NCBI GenBank assembly: GCA_963811165.1
Contig: CAWEQH010000010.1
Coordinates: forward strand, 832,001 to 896,000
Reading direction: 5' to 3'
Source of the DNA: an uncultured Nitrospiraceae bacterium
GTDB lineage: Bacteria; Nitrospirota; Thermodesulfovibrionia; Thermodesulfovibrionales; UBA6898
DNA: 64,000 nucleotides
A program made the translations under genes and the position numbers. Below are positions 41,715-51,440 of this stretch, piece after piece. Every line of letters starts with the position of its first letter. The first letter of the stretch is position 1. Under the pieces are notes generated by a model, which did no database searches, was not told the origin of the DNA, and saw only the letters and a list, made by a program, of their open reading frames with translations.

Positions 41715-41927
41715 TCAGGCGTTTTTCTTTCCCCTTGGAATCTCACAATTTAAGGAGTCGCCTCCGCAAATTACTCCTTCGGGAGTACCTGGAAGGTGCC
41801 TGGAGTCAGGATGTGTGCAGTACTCTTTTGCATCATCCGAAAATTTGATCCCGGCGGCGGTACTTCGCCGCGTCTCTTTTTTGTCAGCGAACGGTTTGAC
41901 TAAATGGTACTTGCAACCTGGGTTCAC
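41715..41927 (-). CDS. Small Cys-containing hypothetical protein
   Basis: AGGAGG RBS before GTG; four Cys in 70 aa. Confidence 0.55.
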   Translation of the reverse strand: MNPGCKYHLVKPFADKKETRRSTAAGIKFSDDAKEYCTHPDSRHLPGTPEGVICGGDSLNCEIPRGKKNA

Positions 41928-42360
41928 GGTATTTCCTCCTTCCCGTATGCTTGCATTTTACAACAAAAGCAGTATTCGCCGCACCCGAGTAGGAGAAAAC
42001 GACATCTGTATTTTCCATTAGTCGACTATCATTTCAAAATTTCTTCACATTGACCCTGTAGGCTATTCAAAAAACAAAGGTGATAGACAGGGAGGCAAAA
42101 GAGGATGATGTTGTATGGCCTTATACTGTATATAGTCGTTGTAGCCATGCTGGTCTTCGGTATCAGATAGATTCAGGGTTCCACTACATCCTTAATGGAC
42201 TTCACGCCGTCTTCGCTGATAGTACTTTCAGCATCATAACGACGGCAAATACTAGACAGCCTCTCTCGATCCGTTACGGACGTGAAGCCGAAGGTTATTT
42301 TTTTTGAAACACGCGGTGCCTGCCTATGGAAGACAATGAAGAATCTGTTATAATTTTCAA

Positions 42361-43305
42361 ATGGGTAACATGCTAAAGGCAAGAATCCTTCTTGTTGAAG
42401 ACAGCGGGGCACAGGCAAAGATTACCACGGGAAGCCTTGAAAAGAACGGGTATGAGGTAATCTTGGCGCAAGACGGCGCGTCGGCAATAAAGGCTGTTAA
42501 GACTGCTTCTCCGCATATAGTTCTACTGGACCTTATCCTTCCTGATATGAATGGATTGACGGTATGCCGGTGGATAAAGGCGAACGACGACACAAAAGGC
42601 ATCCCCGTAATCATGCTTACCGCCAGGGGCACTATTGACGATAAGGTTTCGGGCATTGAGGCAGGAGCCGACGACTATCTTCCGAAGCCTTACGACGAAA
42701 CTGAGCTCAACATGAGAATTTATGCTGCATTAAGGACCACGGCGCTCAGGGATGAGTTAAGAGAGAAGAACCGACAGCTGAGCCAACTACTATCGAAGGT
42801 GGAAACCCTCTCCATTACAGATCCCCTGACAGGGCTTTTCAACAGAAGACATCTTGAGACGGTGATTGAGGCAGAATGGAAAAAGATAAAAAGATATGGA
42901 CAATCCATTACGTGCCTTTTAATGGACATAGACGATTTCAAGGCGGTCAACGATATATACGGCCACAGTGCAGGCGATTCGGTGCTGGTGGAGATTGCAC
43001 GAATACTGGAGAGGAATCACAGGGAAACAGATACTGTCGCGAGATGGGGCGGTGAGGAGTTTATCTCTATTCTTCCTCATGCGCCCCCCGATCTGGGAAT
43101 AATGGTCGCAGAAAGGATACTGGCAAAGGTTTCGGGCCACAAATTCGCGCAGATACGGGAGAGGCGTATAACTGTAAGCATCGGCCTTGCTTTTTCCGGT
43201 GCTTCCTCAAGTACATACGAAAAATTGTTCAAAGACGCCGACGATGCCCTGTATGAGGCAAAAAGGAAGGGCAAGAACAGAGTGGAAGTCGCCGTCATGA
43301 AATAG
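42361..43305 (+). CDS. Response-regulator diguanylate cyclase (REC-GGDEF)
   Basis: Receiver (LLVED, LLDLILP, KP), DPLTGLFNRR, I-site RETD and RWGGEEF. Confidence 0.95.
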   Translation: MGNMLKARILLVEDSGAQAKITTGSLEKNGYEVILAQDGASAIKAVKTASPHIVLLDLILPDMNGLTVCRWIKANDDTKGIPVIMLTARGTIDDKVSGIEAGADDYLPKPYDETELNMRIYAALRTTALRDELREKNRQLSQLLSKVETLSITDPLTGLFNRRHLETVIEAEWKKIKRYGQSITCLLMDIDDFKAVNDIYGHSAGDSVLVEIARILERNHRETDTVARWGGEEFISILPHAPPDLGIMVAERILAKVSGHKFAQIRERRITVSIGLAFSGASSSTYEKLFKDADDALYEAKRKGKNRVEVAVMK

Positions 43306-43560
43306 ATACCTCTTCGCAGCGCAGATAAGGAATGTTGAATGCCGAATTCTTCGCATATCTGCTTGCCTATAGGTCTGTCAACCTTCTTCTTTCGCCGCTT
43401 CAGGCATGGTTATCATGGCTCCACATCGGCAGTACTCTTATCCCCTCTGCCGCCTCCCTCGTAAACTGGGAGAGAGTAAGCCATAAAGATTGATTGAAAG
43501 TGGGTGCTGAGTATTATGTCGCAGGAATCAAATTTCGCAATGAACGCAGAGTCCGTGGAA

Positions 43561-44193
43561 TCAGATCTCCGGCCGCCATCTTTCAAAAAACTGGTCCATT
43601 GCAGATGTAGACCCTATGGGGATGTGGCCGTATAAAATAGATAACTGTTTTTTTGCCTCCGTTTTAGATATTTTATCGACGATCACCTTCCACATTGCCG
43701 ACACCAGCCCTGACCTGTCCGCGCCGGACTTGCAATGAATCAGTATCGGACGCGGCGCGGAATTGAAGATCTCAAGGAGCACTTGCACCTCTTTGGCGGT
43801 CAGCCCACGGGAGGCCGACAACGCCATATCGTAATGCACTATGCCGTGTTCCGAACTCACCTTCACCTCTTCGACGTACCAACCGCTATCCGGATTCTTT
43901 CCTCTTAAGTTTAGTATGCTCTTCAAGCGATACTTATGAATATAGTATTCAAGTTCGTCTCTATCCATTTGAGCAGACCTGTAAGCCTCGCCGGGCGTAA
44001 TAGGGTGAAAGTTACCTTGCTCTTCGATATATATATAAAAACTCCCTATCAAGATACATAAAAATGAGACAGATGCGATTATAAACTTACGTCGGGAAAA
44101 AATGGATTTTGTCGGGCCAGTTGCGCTTGAGAAGAATGAGAAAATAGGGCCGGGTTGCGAAGACATAAAACGCCCGATGACCTTTTTACTCAT
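43561..44193 (-). CDS. Membrane-anchored tyrosine/dual-specificity phosphatase family protein
   Basis: YRSAQ, ILNLRG and HCKSGADRSG (HCx5R); start uncertain. Confidence 0.87.
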   Translation of the reverse strand: MSKKVIGRFMSSQPGPIFSFFSSATGPTKSIFSRRKFIIASVSFLCILIGSFYIYIEEQGNFHPITPGEAYRSAQMDRDELEYYIHKYRLKSILNLRGKNPDSGWYVEEVKVSSEHGIVHYDMALSASRGLTAKEVQVLLEIFNSAPRPILIHCKSGADRSGLVSAMWKVIVDKISKTEAKKQLSILYGHIPIGSTSAMDQFFERWRPEI

Positions 44194-45439
44194 GACGCAG
44201 GGCGATAATCGGGTCGAGCTGAGTGGCCTTCCACGCCGGATAGAAGCCGAAAAAAATGCCTACGCCGATGGCAAATAGCGGAGAGATGATGAGCGCTTCA
44301 AGGGGAATGGATACCGACCATCCCAAGACGTACCCCAAAATGAAAGAGCCGACTACACCGACACAGACCCCAAAGAGACCGCCGAAAAGGCTTAGCATGA
44401 CGGCCTCTCCGAGAAACTGAATCTGTATGGCCCACGTTGTGGCCCCTATAGCGAGGCGCAAACCAATTTCTTTCGTTCGCTGGGTCACCGACACCAGCAT
44501 CACGTTCATGATCCCTATACCGCCAACAAGGAGTGAGATAGAGGCGACGCTGATAAGAAAAAACGCGAGCGTCCGGTTCGCGGCGATCTGGGCCTTAATC
44601 ACCTCTTCCGGATGACGTATATTGAAATCATCCCCCTCGCCCGGCCGGATGTGATGCCGTTCGCGAAGCAGCGCATTGATCCGGTCGATGGCCGGGTTAG
44701 CAGCGTCACGGGAGACAGCCGAAGTCATAATGTCGTCCAGCCATACGAAACCCGTGCCCCTCAGCTTCTTCTGTACCGTAGTATAGGGCATCAGGATAGT
44801 GTCGTCCTGGTCTTGTCCGGTAGTCGACTGTCCCTTCGGCGTCAACACGCCGATCACCTTGAATACTTGTTTGTTGATTCGAATGTCCCGGCCAACTGCC
44901 TCCCCCGCCCCAAAGAGCTGCTGACGCGCCGTTTGTCCAATCACGCTGACGTTTGCCGCACGCTTGACGTCTTCCGTCGTGAACAGATCCCCCTCCGCAA
45001 TATCCCAACTCCTGATAGCGAGGAATTCGGGAGTGACGCCACGGTAATGTGTTGTCCAATTACGGTTCCCAAAGGCAATGAGCACGGTCCCATCCACATT
45101 CGGGGAAACACTCTTGATGAGCGGCACACTCTTACTGATTGCTTCTACATCTCCCATGGTAAGGGAAGTCATTCCGTGGCTGCCGCTTCGCACCCCGTTT
45201 ACGTTGCGGGAACCGGCCTCGATCCATACGAGATTATCTCCTAAATTTTGGAGCTGCCGTTCGGCACGCTGCGAACCTGCTGTGCCGATGGCCACCACGC
45301 AAATTACTGCGGCAATGCCGATTGCGATCCCAATTGCCGACAGCGCGCTCCGCAGCTTGTTGCGGGAGAGGGCGCGGACGGCCTCACGACCGAAGAGACT
45401 TAGCGAGATGTCGATAATATTATTTGCGATGCCGGCCAT
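44186..45439 (-). CDS. MacB/FtsX-like ABC transporter permease
   Basis: RNKLRSALS..GIAIG, VGGIGIMNVMLVSVTQRTKEIG and GFYPA.KA..LDPI.ALR. Confidence 0.93.
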   Translation of the reverse strand: MAGIANNIIDISLSLFGREAVRALSRNKLRSALSAIGIAIGIAAVICVVAIGTAGSQRAERQLQNLGDNLVWIEAGSRNVNGVRSGSHGMTSLTMGDVEAISKSVPLIKSVSPNVDGTVLIAFGNRNWTTHYRGVTPEFLAIRSWDIAEGDLFTTEDVKRAANVSVIGQTARQQLFGAGEAVGRDIRINKQVFKVIGVLTPKGQSTTGQDQDDTILMPYTTVQKKLRGTGFVWLDDIMTSAVSRDAANPAIDRINALLRERHHIRPGEGDDFNIRHPEEVIKAQIAANRTLAFFLISVASISLLVGGIGIMNVMLVSVTQRTKEIGLRLAIGATTWAIQIQFLGEAVMLSLFGGLFGVCVGVVGSFILGYVLGWSVSIPLEALIISPLFAIGVGIFFGFYPAWKATQLDPIIALRHE

Positions 45440-45448
45440 AAACGTGCA

Positions 45449-46096
45449 TTACTGCATATATTTTTCGAGTTTCTGGAGTACTTCAATATGGAGATGCTCG
45501 GTGGGTACTATCCGGAATTCTATCCAGTCGTTATCCTTCACGACCCTGTTCACCGGCATTGCAGCTGCAACAAAAAAGATGCCGAATTTGTTTTCAAGCT
45601 GCGGCTCCGCCGCATAAAGAAAATTCAGGAGCAGCCAGGCCTTCTGCTGCGCCTGTAAACTCATTACCCTGTTCATTTCCGGATCCTGCCCCAACGGGTA
45701 TCTAATGTTGACCATAATGAGACTGATATTTTTCCTGGTATCCTCATTACTCAGGGCGGAAAGAAACACGCGGCTTAATTTGTTAAGGGCAGCAGGGTCG
45801 GACCCCTTTGCATAATGGCTGCCTTCGAAGAACTGGGACTGGTCCACAAGGATAGAGCCGGCCCGGAATTTGACACCCTTGACATCATTTGTTCCAAATT
45901 CCCGTGACAACAGCTTGTTGATGCTCTGCGTGAACTTGATTTTAGGCTGAGAAATCGCCAGGGCCGGCTCCATGAACCGCTGGATCTTGACTGCCCGGTA
46001 ATAAAGGATTGCACTCAGGAGCAGCAGGCCTATCAGTGTCAAGCTTAGCATGGGACCGGGGGGAAGGATGAACTTTCTGAGAGAACCCTTATTCAT
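45449..46096 (-). CDS. Single-TM protein with degenerate OmpA/MotB-like C-terminal domain
   Basis: ATG at 46096 coupled to the upstream stop (TAATG); one TM; C-terminal NDWIEFRI resembles the OmpA-C NRRIEI strand. Confidence 0.55.
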   Translation of the reverse strand: MNKGSLRKFILPPGPMLSLTLIGLLLLSAILYYRAVKIQRFMEPALAISQPKIKFTQSINKLLSREFGTNDVKGVKFRAGSILVDQSQFFEGSHYAKGSDPAALNKLSRVFLSALSNEDTRKNISLIMVNIRYPLGQDPEMNRVMSLQAQQKAWLLLNFLYAAEPQLENKFGIFFVAAAMPVNRVVKDNDWIEFRIVPTEHLHIEVLQKLEKYMQ

Positions 46097-46986
46097 TATT
46101 GCAACGCATCGTCTAATAATTCCAGGTTCTTTGCCGCAACGTCGAAATCTCCTTCGGAAATCCCCGTGGGCTGGTGAATGGCCTGGTTTCTCAGCCTGAG
46201 CAGCTGATGAAACAGCCCCTTCCTGTAATTGCTGATGCGGTGTGTACGTTCCATTTCTTTCAGGCAATCCGAAAGGGAGGGAAAAGAGCACCCTATCATG
46301 ATGCTGGTAATAGACTTCAGCCGGTTTTCAAGGTAATGTCCAAGGAGGAGAGAGGCGACGACCTTTTCTCCGCTTCTATAGTATTCCCGTGCGTGCTCAA
46401 CGGAGATGCCGCCTTCAAAGATACGGATGTTCTCGCTGGATTCGGACTCACCGGGCGCAATGTGCTGTATCTTCTGATACACCTCCAGACACTTATCGAT
46501 CATGTTTTTCTCAAGATAGGACTCGGCAAGGAGAAACAGCTCCCGTATGCTGTCCGCACTCTCCCTTTGCCTGTATGCAAACGCATATGCACGCTTGAGG
46601 GCCTCGGTCTTGTCGTCCTTCTTATCGAGCACGTCGAAATGCCGCGCCCAGCGCTTTCCCTTTAACACATTGTCCTTCGTGAACCGGAAGAGTTGTTCTG
46701 AAACCTCGCTCTTGTTGAGCTTTCCACTTATGATGATGATGTTAAGGGTCGGGTGGTTCTCAAATATCTCGGGCAATGCATCAATGCCCTCATTCATCCT
46801 GTCAAATTCTATGTCCAGGGTCATAAGATCAAAGATCCTGGTCGTCAAGAGTTGTAACGCCAGTCTCACGCTGACAGCCTCGTGAAACCTCAGGTCGGGT
46901 TCCGAGGGACCAAGTGCCTTCGTGATTTCGAGTTTCAGGAGTTCCCTGTCTTCATAGTCGTCGTCGGCGATCAGAACACTAAACAT
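46096..46986 (-). CDS. Response regulator with C-terminal HEPN/DUF4145-like domain
   Basis: VLIADDD, TLDI and SGK receiver; C-terminal LENRLK..LLRLRNQAIH. Confidence 0.8.
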   Translation of the reverse strand: MFSVLIADDDYEDRELLKLEITKALGPSEPDLRFHEAVSVRLALQLLTTRIFDLMTLDIEFDRMNEGIDALPEIFENHPTLNIIIISGKLNKSEVSEQLFRFTKDNVLKGKRWARHFDVLDKKDDKTEALKRAYAFAYRQRESADSIRELFLLAESYLEKNMIDKCLEVYQKIQHIAPGESESSENIRIFEGGISVEHAREYYRSGEKVVASLLLGHYLENRLKSITSIMIGCSFPSLSDCLKEMERTHRISNYRKGLFHQLLRLRNQAIHQPTGISEGDFDVAAKNLELLDDALQ

Positions 46987-48019
46987 TCAGGGCCTCCTTA
47001 ATAAACGGCAGATTGATAATGATCTCGGTGCCCGCCCCGGGGGCGGTATATTCCTTCCCCACCCGGATCTTTCCCGCGTGAAGACCAACCACGTATTTCA
47101 CGTAATATAGTCCCTGCCCCCATCCTCCCCGGGCACCCTTGCCTTTATAGAAGCAGAGGTCCGCCTCGTGTTCGTCCATACCGGAACCCTCGTCACGGAA
47201 AGACAGGGAAAGATACTGTCGTCTCACGTCGGTGTCCAGCGAGCATGACAGGAATATGCGGGCGCGGGCCTGTTCGGGCTTTTTGTACTTTATGGAATTG
47301 TCGATAAGGTTTTCGAATACTGTTTTCAAGAGGGTTGGCGAAGCTGTGATCGCGGGCAGAGACACCTTGTCTTGAAAATGAAAATCCACCAGATCGCTGT
47401 ACTGGGCAACCAGGGATTCGAGCATTGCCCTCAGATCAACACTTGAAAACTCTATCAATGCCGATTCCCGCTCATCGGAGATCTTTTTAAAAATATCAAT
47501 GTCGGCAAACAATTTGTTCAGATTTTCATCGATCCGCACCCTTGACTCGATGGGGAGGTCAGGGAGGAAATCCAGGCGGCGCTTGATCCGGCCAAGATTA
47601 TTTTTGAATTCGTGTCCTATTGTCGCGGAGATGTAGCGGATGAATTCGTTCCGTTGGGCGATTTCCTGGTTCCTGATAAGAAGAAGTCGATTTTCGCGGG
47701 CCCTCCGCTGTTTCTGCTGATATACAAGAGTAAGGTAAACGCAGAGCATGGCGAAGGAGCCTGTCATTACCAGGAAGGCATAGTGCGACACCCTGTTGGA
47801 CGCATCGAGGTGGTCCTGCATTATAGTAAGGCGCCACTCTACGTCGGCATCCGGATGGACGGAAACAGGGGCTTTCCACGGCATGAGCCAGGGTTCGAAT
47901 CTGTCGAAGGGCTTCACGAAGCGATCCATGTACGCCATACCGAGGAGAAGCCAGACGACCACCGTCACCGTCAGCAGCGAAACGTACCTGACGGCCCTGA
48001 GAACTAAGGGTATCGACAT
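46979..48019 (-). CDS. Membrane sensor histidine kinase
   Basis: Two TMs, IGHEFKNNL, ENLIDNSIKY, DEGSGM and GQGL. Confidence 0.9.
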   Translation of the reverse strand: MSIPLVLRAVRYVSLLTVTVVVWLLLGMAYMDRFVKPFDRFEPWLMPWKAPVSVHPDADVEWRLTIMQDHLDASNRVSHYAFLVMTGSFAMLCVYLTLVYQQKQRRARENRLLLIRNQEIAQRNEFIRYISATIGHEFKNNLGRIKRRLDFLPDLPIESRVRIDENLNKLFADIDIFKKISDERESALIEFSSVDLRAMLESLVAQYSDLVDFHFQDKVSLPAITASPTLLKTVFENLIDNSIKYKKPEQARARIFLSCSLDTDVRRQYLSLSFRDEGSGMDEHEADLCFYKGKGARGGWGQGLYYVKYVVGLHAGKIRVGKEYTAPGAGTEIIINLPFIKEALNV

Positions 48020-48215
48020 AAATTATTGTAACCGGTTTGCAGGGAAACGTACAACAATTACCGTCGTCCCCCCTGCCGGCAATCCCTCTTCCATCGGGGG
48101 TCGCCCATTAAAAGGCACCGCCCTCTCTCATAGAATTTCCGCGTCAGGGAGAATGACGTCGAGAAAACAGAGATCAAAGAAACTAAAACCGGTTTATGGA
48201 AGGCGCTCTCTCCGC

Positions 48216-48497
48216 TTAACGCTTAAACTTTGAATATTCTTCTTCTTTGACTTTCTTAAAAAAGTCACAGTATACACAAGATTTGTATTTCTTGGCATAT
48301 GTCCCCTGCACATCCCCGTTGCAAAGAGTGCCGACAACAAACCAGCAGGCCCTCCCACCATTCGTGCCCCCGTGCAGCCTATCAAGATTTTCTGTAGTCG
48401 CAGCCGGGCAAACACCTAAGTCACTACTATGACTGCCTTCCGGTTGCCTTCCACATTTCTTGAATTCCCAGCAGTTAACTCTTTTGTTTCTTTTCAT
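48216..48497 (-). CDS. Two-CW-domain-like Cys-rich protein
   Basis: NCWEFKKCGR..CPA..GRACW.V.GTLC..C..CDFF. Confidence 0.8.
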   Translation of the reverse strand: MKRNKRVNCWEFKKCGRQPEGSHSSDLGVCPAATTENLDRLHGGTNGGRACWFVVGTLCNGDVQGTYAKKYKSCVYCDFFKKVKEEEYSKFKR

Positions 48498-48743
48498 TTT
48501 GAAATCTTTTGTCTTCACTCTGCGTTTAGTATCACACGGAATCTTCTTGTGCGTCAATTAGTTAATTATTTTTAGTAGGAATTATATTATCTAGAAATTG
48601 ATATGAGAGAACAGGGTTGTTATATCTCTGTTCGCTCAAGGGCGAGGTGACTATCCAGCCTTATTTTTGCACAGATGCAAAAGGATTTGCGGGAATGCAT
48701 TGGGATTGGAGTGAGGAATCATTTAGAATCGGCGAGTTAGTAT

Positions 48744-48758
48744 TGGCATGGGGAATGC
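48744..48758 (+). promoter_or_regulatory. Putative sigma-54 promoter
   Basis: TGGCATGGGGAATGC (GG-N10-GC) about 40 nt before the 48798 start. Confidence 0.65.
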
Positions 48759-48797
48759 ACTATATATTTGCAAGAACATAAGAAGGAGGACGGGAAG

Positions 48798-49118
48798 ATG
48801 AAAGACAAAGGATACGCAAAGAAACTGGCATACATGGGAGCAGGGTGCGGAGTAGTGCTGTTTGGAGTATTTGGGTTGCTTCCCGGGTCATTCCTTGGCG
48901 GGGTGATGGGACTTAATATCGCAGGGAAGCTGCTTGGAGTGCCTTTGGCCTCGGGTATCCTTTCGAGGCTGATAGTTGCGGCATCGATGGTAATAGGGGT
49001 GATGGTCTCTGGGATCATGTTCATCACCGCCAGTTCGATTGCGGGCTGGCTTATAGGGACGGTGCTGGATGCGATCACGGCAGAGAAGAAAGAAATGGCT
49101 GAAGTAGGGCATAAATAA
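48798..49118 (+). CDS. Gly-rich hypothetical membrane protein (paralog 1)
   Basis: AGGAGG RBS; FGVFGLLPGSFLGG. Confidence 0.75.
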   Translation: MKDKGYAKKLAYMGAGCGVVLFGVFGLLPGSFLGGVMGLNIAGKLLGVPLASGILSRLIVAASMVIGVMVSGIMFITASSIAGWLIGTVLDAITAEKKEMAEVGHK

Positions 49119-49158
49119 TTATTGTCGGATAACAAATAAAAACCAAGGAGGAAGTGTC

Positions 49159-49494
49159 ATGAAAGAGGAAAGAAAAAGGACGATGAAGGTAGGGACGAAG
49201 ATCGGTGCGGCGTTGGGTGCGATAGTATTTCTGGTATTTGGGATAGTGCCGGGGTTTTATTTCGGCAGTTACGGGGCGCTGGTATTGATGAGCAGGCTTG
49301 CAGGCGGACCGGTAGAGCCCACGACAATCGTAAGAATGATCACCGTCGTGGGCGTTGCCCTGGGCATCTTCTGCGGCGCAGCTGCCAGCATCGTGCTGGG
49401 TTCGGTATTCGGCACAGCCCTCGCCTGGATAGTCGATGTGATCGGCAGCCTCGGCAAGGTCAAAGAGACCGAGGAACTGAAGGCACACAATTAA
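49159..49494 (+). CDS. Gly-rich hypothetical membrane protein (paralog 2)
   Basis: AGGAGG RBS; FLVFGIVPGFYFGS, similar to paralog 1. Confidence 0.75.
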   Translation: MKEERKRTMKVGTKIGAALGAIVFLVFGIVPGFYFGSYGALVLMSRLAGGPVEPTTIVRMITVVGVALGIFCGAAASIVLGSVFGTALAWIVDVIGSLGKVKETEELKAHN

Positions 49495-49520
49495 TAGAAG
49501 TTTCCCGACCGACCGTGTAT

Positions 49521-49552
49521 AAGGCCCTTCCGGCAACGTGAAGGGCCTTCTT
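49521..49552 (+). terminator. Intrinsic terminator
   Basis: AAGGCCCTTC..GAAGGGCCTT followed by CTT. Confidence 0.7.
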
Positions 49553-49797
49553 ATGAATGCCCCTACGAGACCGGCTCGATAAAAAGCCTAACATTTCGGA
49601 AACCGGTGCGGAACAAAGTGTAACCTATAGCATGAAAAAAAGGATTCTGATCCTGCCGCTCTAGGGAACCTTTAGACGGCGATAACCTCGCCGCCTTCAT
49701 CCCTGCGCGCGATAGGGGAGCAGGTGATCTCGAAGATCATCTTTCTCTCGGCGGTGGCCGAGAATCCTCCGGATTTATCCGTAGCGGATGTCGATTA

Positions 49798-50115
49798 TTA
49801 TTCTTTCCGGTCAAGTGCGAAAACAAAGAAGTCCCTGCAAATCTGAAGTTTTTTCAGGTAGACCTTTCTCTCTGTTGCATCGAGTCTCTCAATAATCGGT
49901 TTCAATTTATCGGATCTGTCGATAAGGCCCCTCAATTCTTCCGTTGAATATGACATAGCATCCTGGGTCTTTGCACAGATATCCTCAAATTCGTTTTTCC
50001 AATCAGCCTCTGCATAGACTAACCCGCTTCTCAACAAATTTCCGGTAAAAGGAAAGATTGCCGACGTCACGATACCGCTCACCAGCGCTAAGACACAAAT
50101 TCCATATTTTTTCAT
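49798..50115 (-). CDS. Secreted hypothetical protein
   Basis: Signal-like N-terminus; WK.EFEDIC..KVYLKKL..CRD.F. Confidence 0.7.
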   Translation of the reverse strand: MKKYGICVLALVSGIVTSAIFPFTGNLLRSGLVYAEADWKNEFEDICAKTQDAMSYSTEELRGLIDRSDKLKPIIERLDATERKVYLKKLQICRDFFVFALDRKE

Positions 50116-50194
50116 GGATCCCTTTCTCTAGTCCGGGTCTGCCTCCACAGCATATCTCGTTTGTATCTGATCCGCCAAAAAAAGCACCTGCTTA

Positions 50195-50994
50195 CTATTG
50201 TACCGGCTTTGTATGACATCTCTGACAGTCAAGCAGAGGAAATGCAACCGAGCCGTGACAGACGCCGCAATATTTACCATCAAAGATTTCGACCATGGAA
50301 TACTTCGTCATTCCCTTCTTAACGCCGACAAAGATCTCAGGATGACAGAGTTCACAACCACTCCATACCGTGTGTTTCTTGTGAGAAAAGACGATCTCGG
50401 GCATCCCGTTCACCTTTGCCGTGAGATTAAAATCTTTCTGTATCGCAAGGGGTTTCCTCTTGATCGACACCCCTTCAATAAAATCAACCAGGCTTACGCG
50501 TCCCTCGGCCTCAGTCTTCTCCCAATCGATCCCGTTTCCGAACCGTTCCTTCGGAAATTTTTCGGTGAATTTGGCAAACTCAAAGTCCCTTTTTACATGC
50601 ATCCCAAGCGAATGGCAACGATTGCATTGTTTATTGTCCTCATCAGACAATCTTCTTGAACACGCTTCAAACATCTTCTTATTATTGAAAATCATTTTCC
50701 CGTTGTGACATGTCCCGCAGTAATACCCCTTCATATTGTCGGCCGCCCTGATTCCCGTGCCCCCTGCCTTCATTGCGAAACCTATGTCAACATGACAAAG
50801 CCTGCAGGTAAAATTTGACCTGTGCAGCCAGTGGTCAAAGACAACAGCGGGAAGTTCCGCCTTGTCCGAATAATTGTTAATGATGACCTTCCCATAATCT
50901 TCCGGTTGGGGCCTCTTTTTTTCGTGCCGGTCGCACCCGCATTCAACCCGGTAAAAACAACCAATAACAAAAGCATGATAAATATCTTTTTCAT
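50195..50994 (-). CDS. Hexaheme cytochrome with two c7-type triheme domains; frameshift in the A7 run near 50916-50922
   Basis: CRLCH, CGTCH, CNRCH, CELCH, CGVCH and CQRCH; the signal peptide MKKIFIMLLLLVV lies in the other frame (ORF 50782..51033). Confidence 0.85.
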
Positions 50995-51399
50995 CGGTTC
51001 TCCTCTCTTTCCGTATGCATCTCCATTCCTCACTTATTGTGAGAATAACTGCTTCAGCAGTTCCACTCCTTTCCATTACCATTATAAGTCATTTTTTTTT
51101 CTCCTGCCACCTTCTTTTCCTCCCTGATCCGCCGGGACCTGACGGATGAAGGTTCGTCTGCAAAGTCGCAAAATTGGCGCCATTCCAAACTTCTCTCCAT
51201 TCACAGCACACGTGCCCCTTGCCAGCGGCAGTGTGAATCTCGTTCCGAAACGAATAGTCGACCCGGCAATCTTATTTACTCGATAGGTGCTGTTTGACCC
51301 TCTCGCTCAATTTCACCGGTGTCGTCGTTATCTTAACCAAGAACTCATCCCGAATGTTTTCGCAGACAATATTTAAAAGAGTAAAATAATGCCATCTCT

Positions 51400-51427
51400 A
51401 AAGGCAGGCGGTTGCCCTCCTGCCTTT
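51400..51427 (-). terminator. Hairpin after cytochrome A
   Basis: AAAGGCAGG..CCTGCCTTT. Confidence 0.65.
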
Positions 51428-51440
51428 GTGAGACGCAGGA

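Noticed and set aside
51240..51345. c-di-GMP-I/cGAMP (GEMM) riboswitch upstream of the c7 cytochrome (minus strand has GATTGCCGGGTCG)
   Set aside because: The conserved GCAAAC/CTAAAC..GGGACG.AAAGCC elements are absent; it would need an Infernal RF01051 search.
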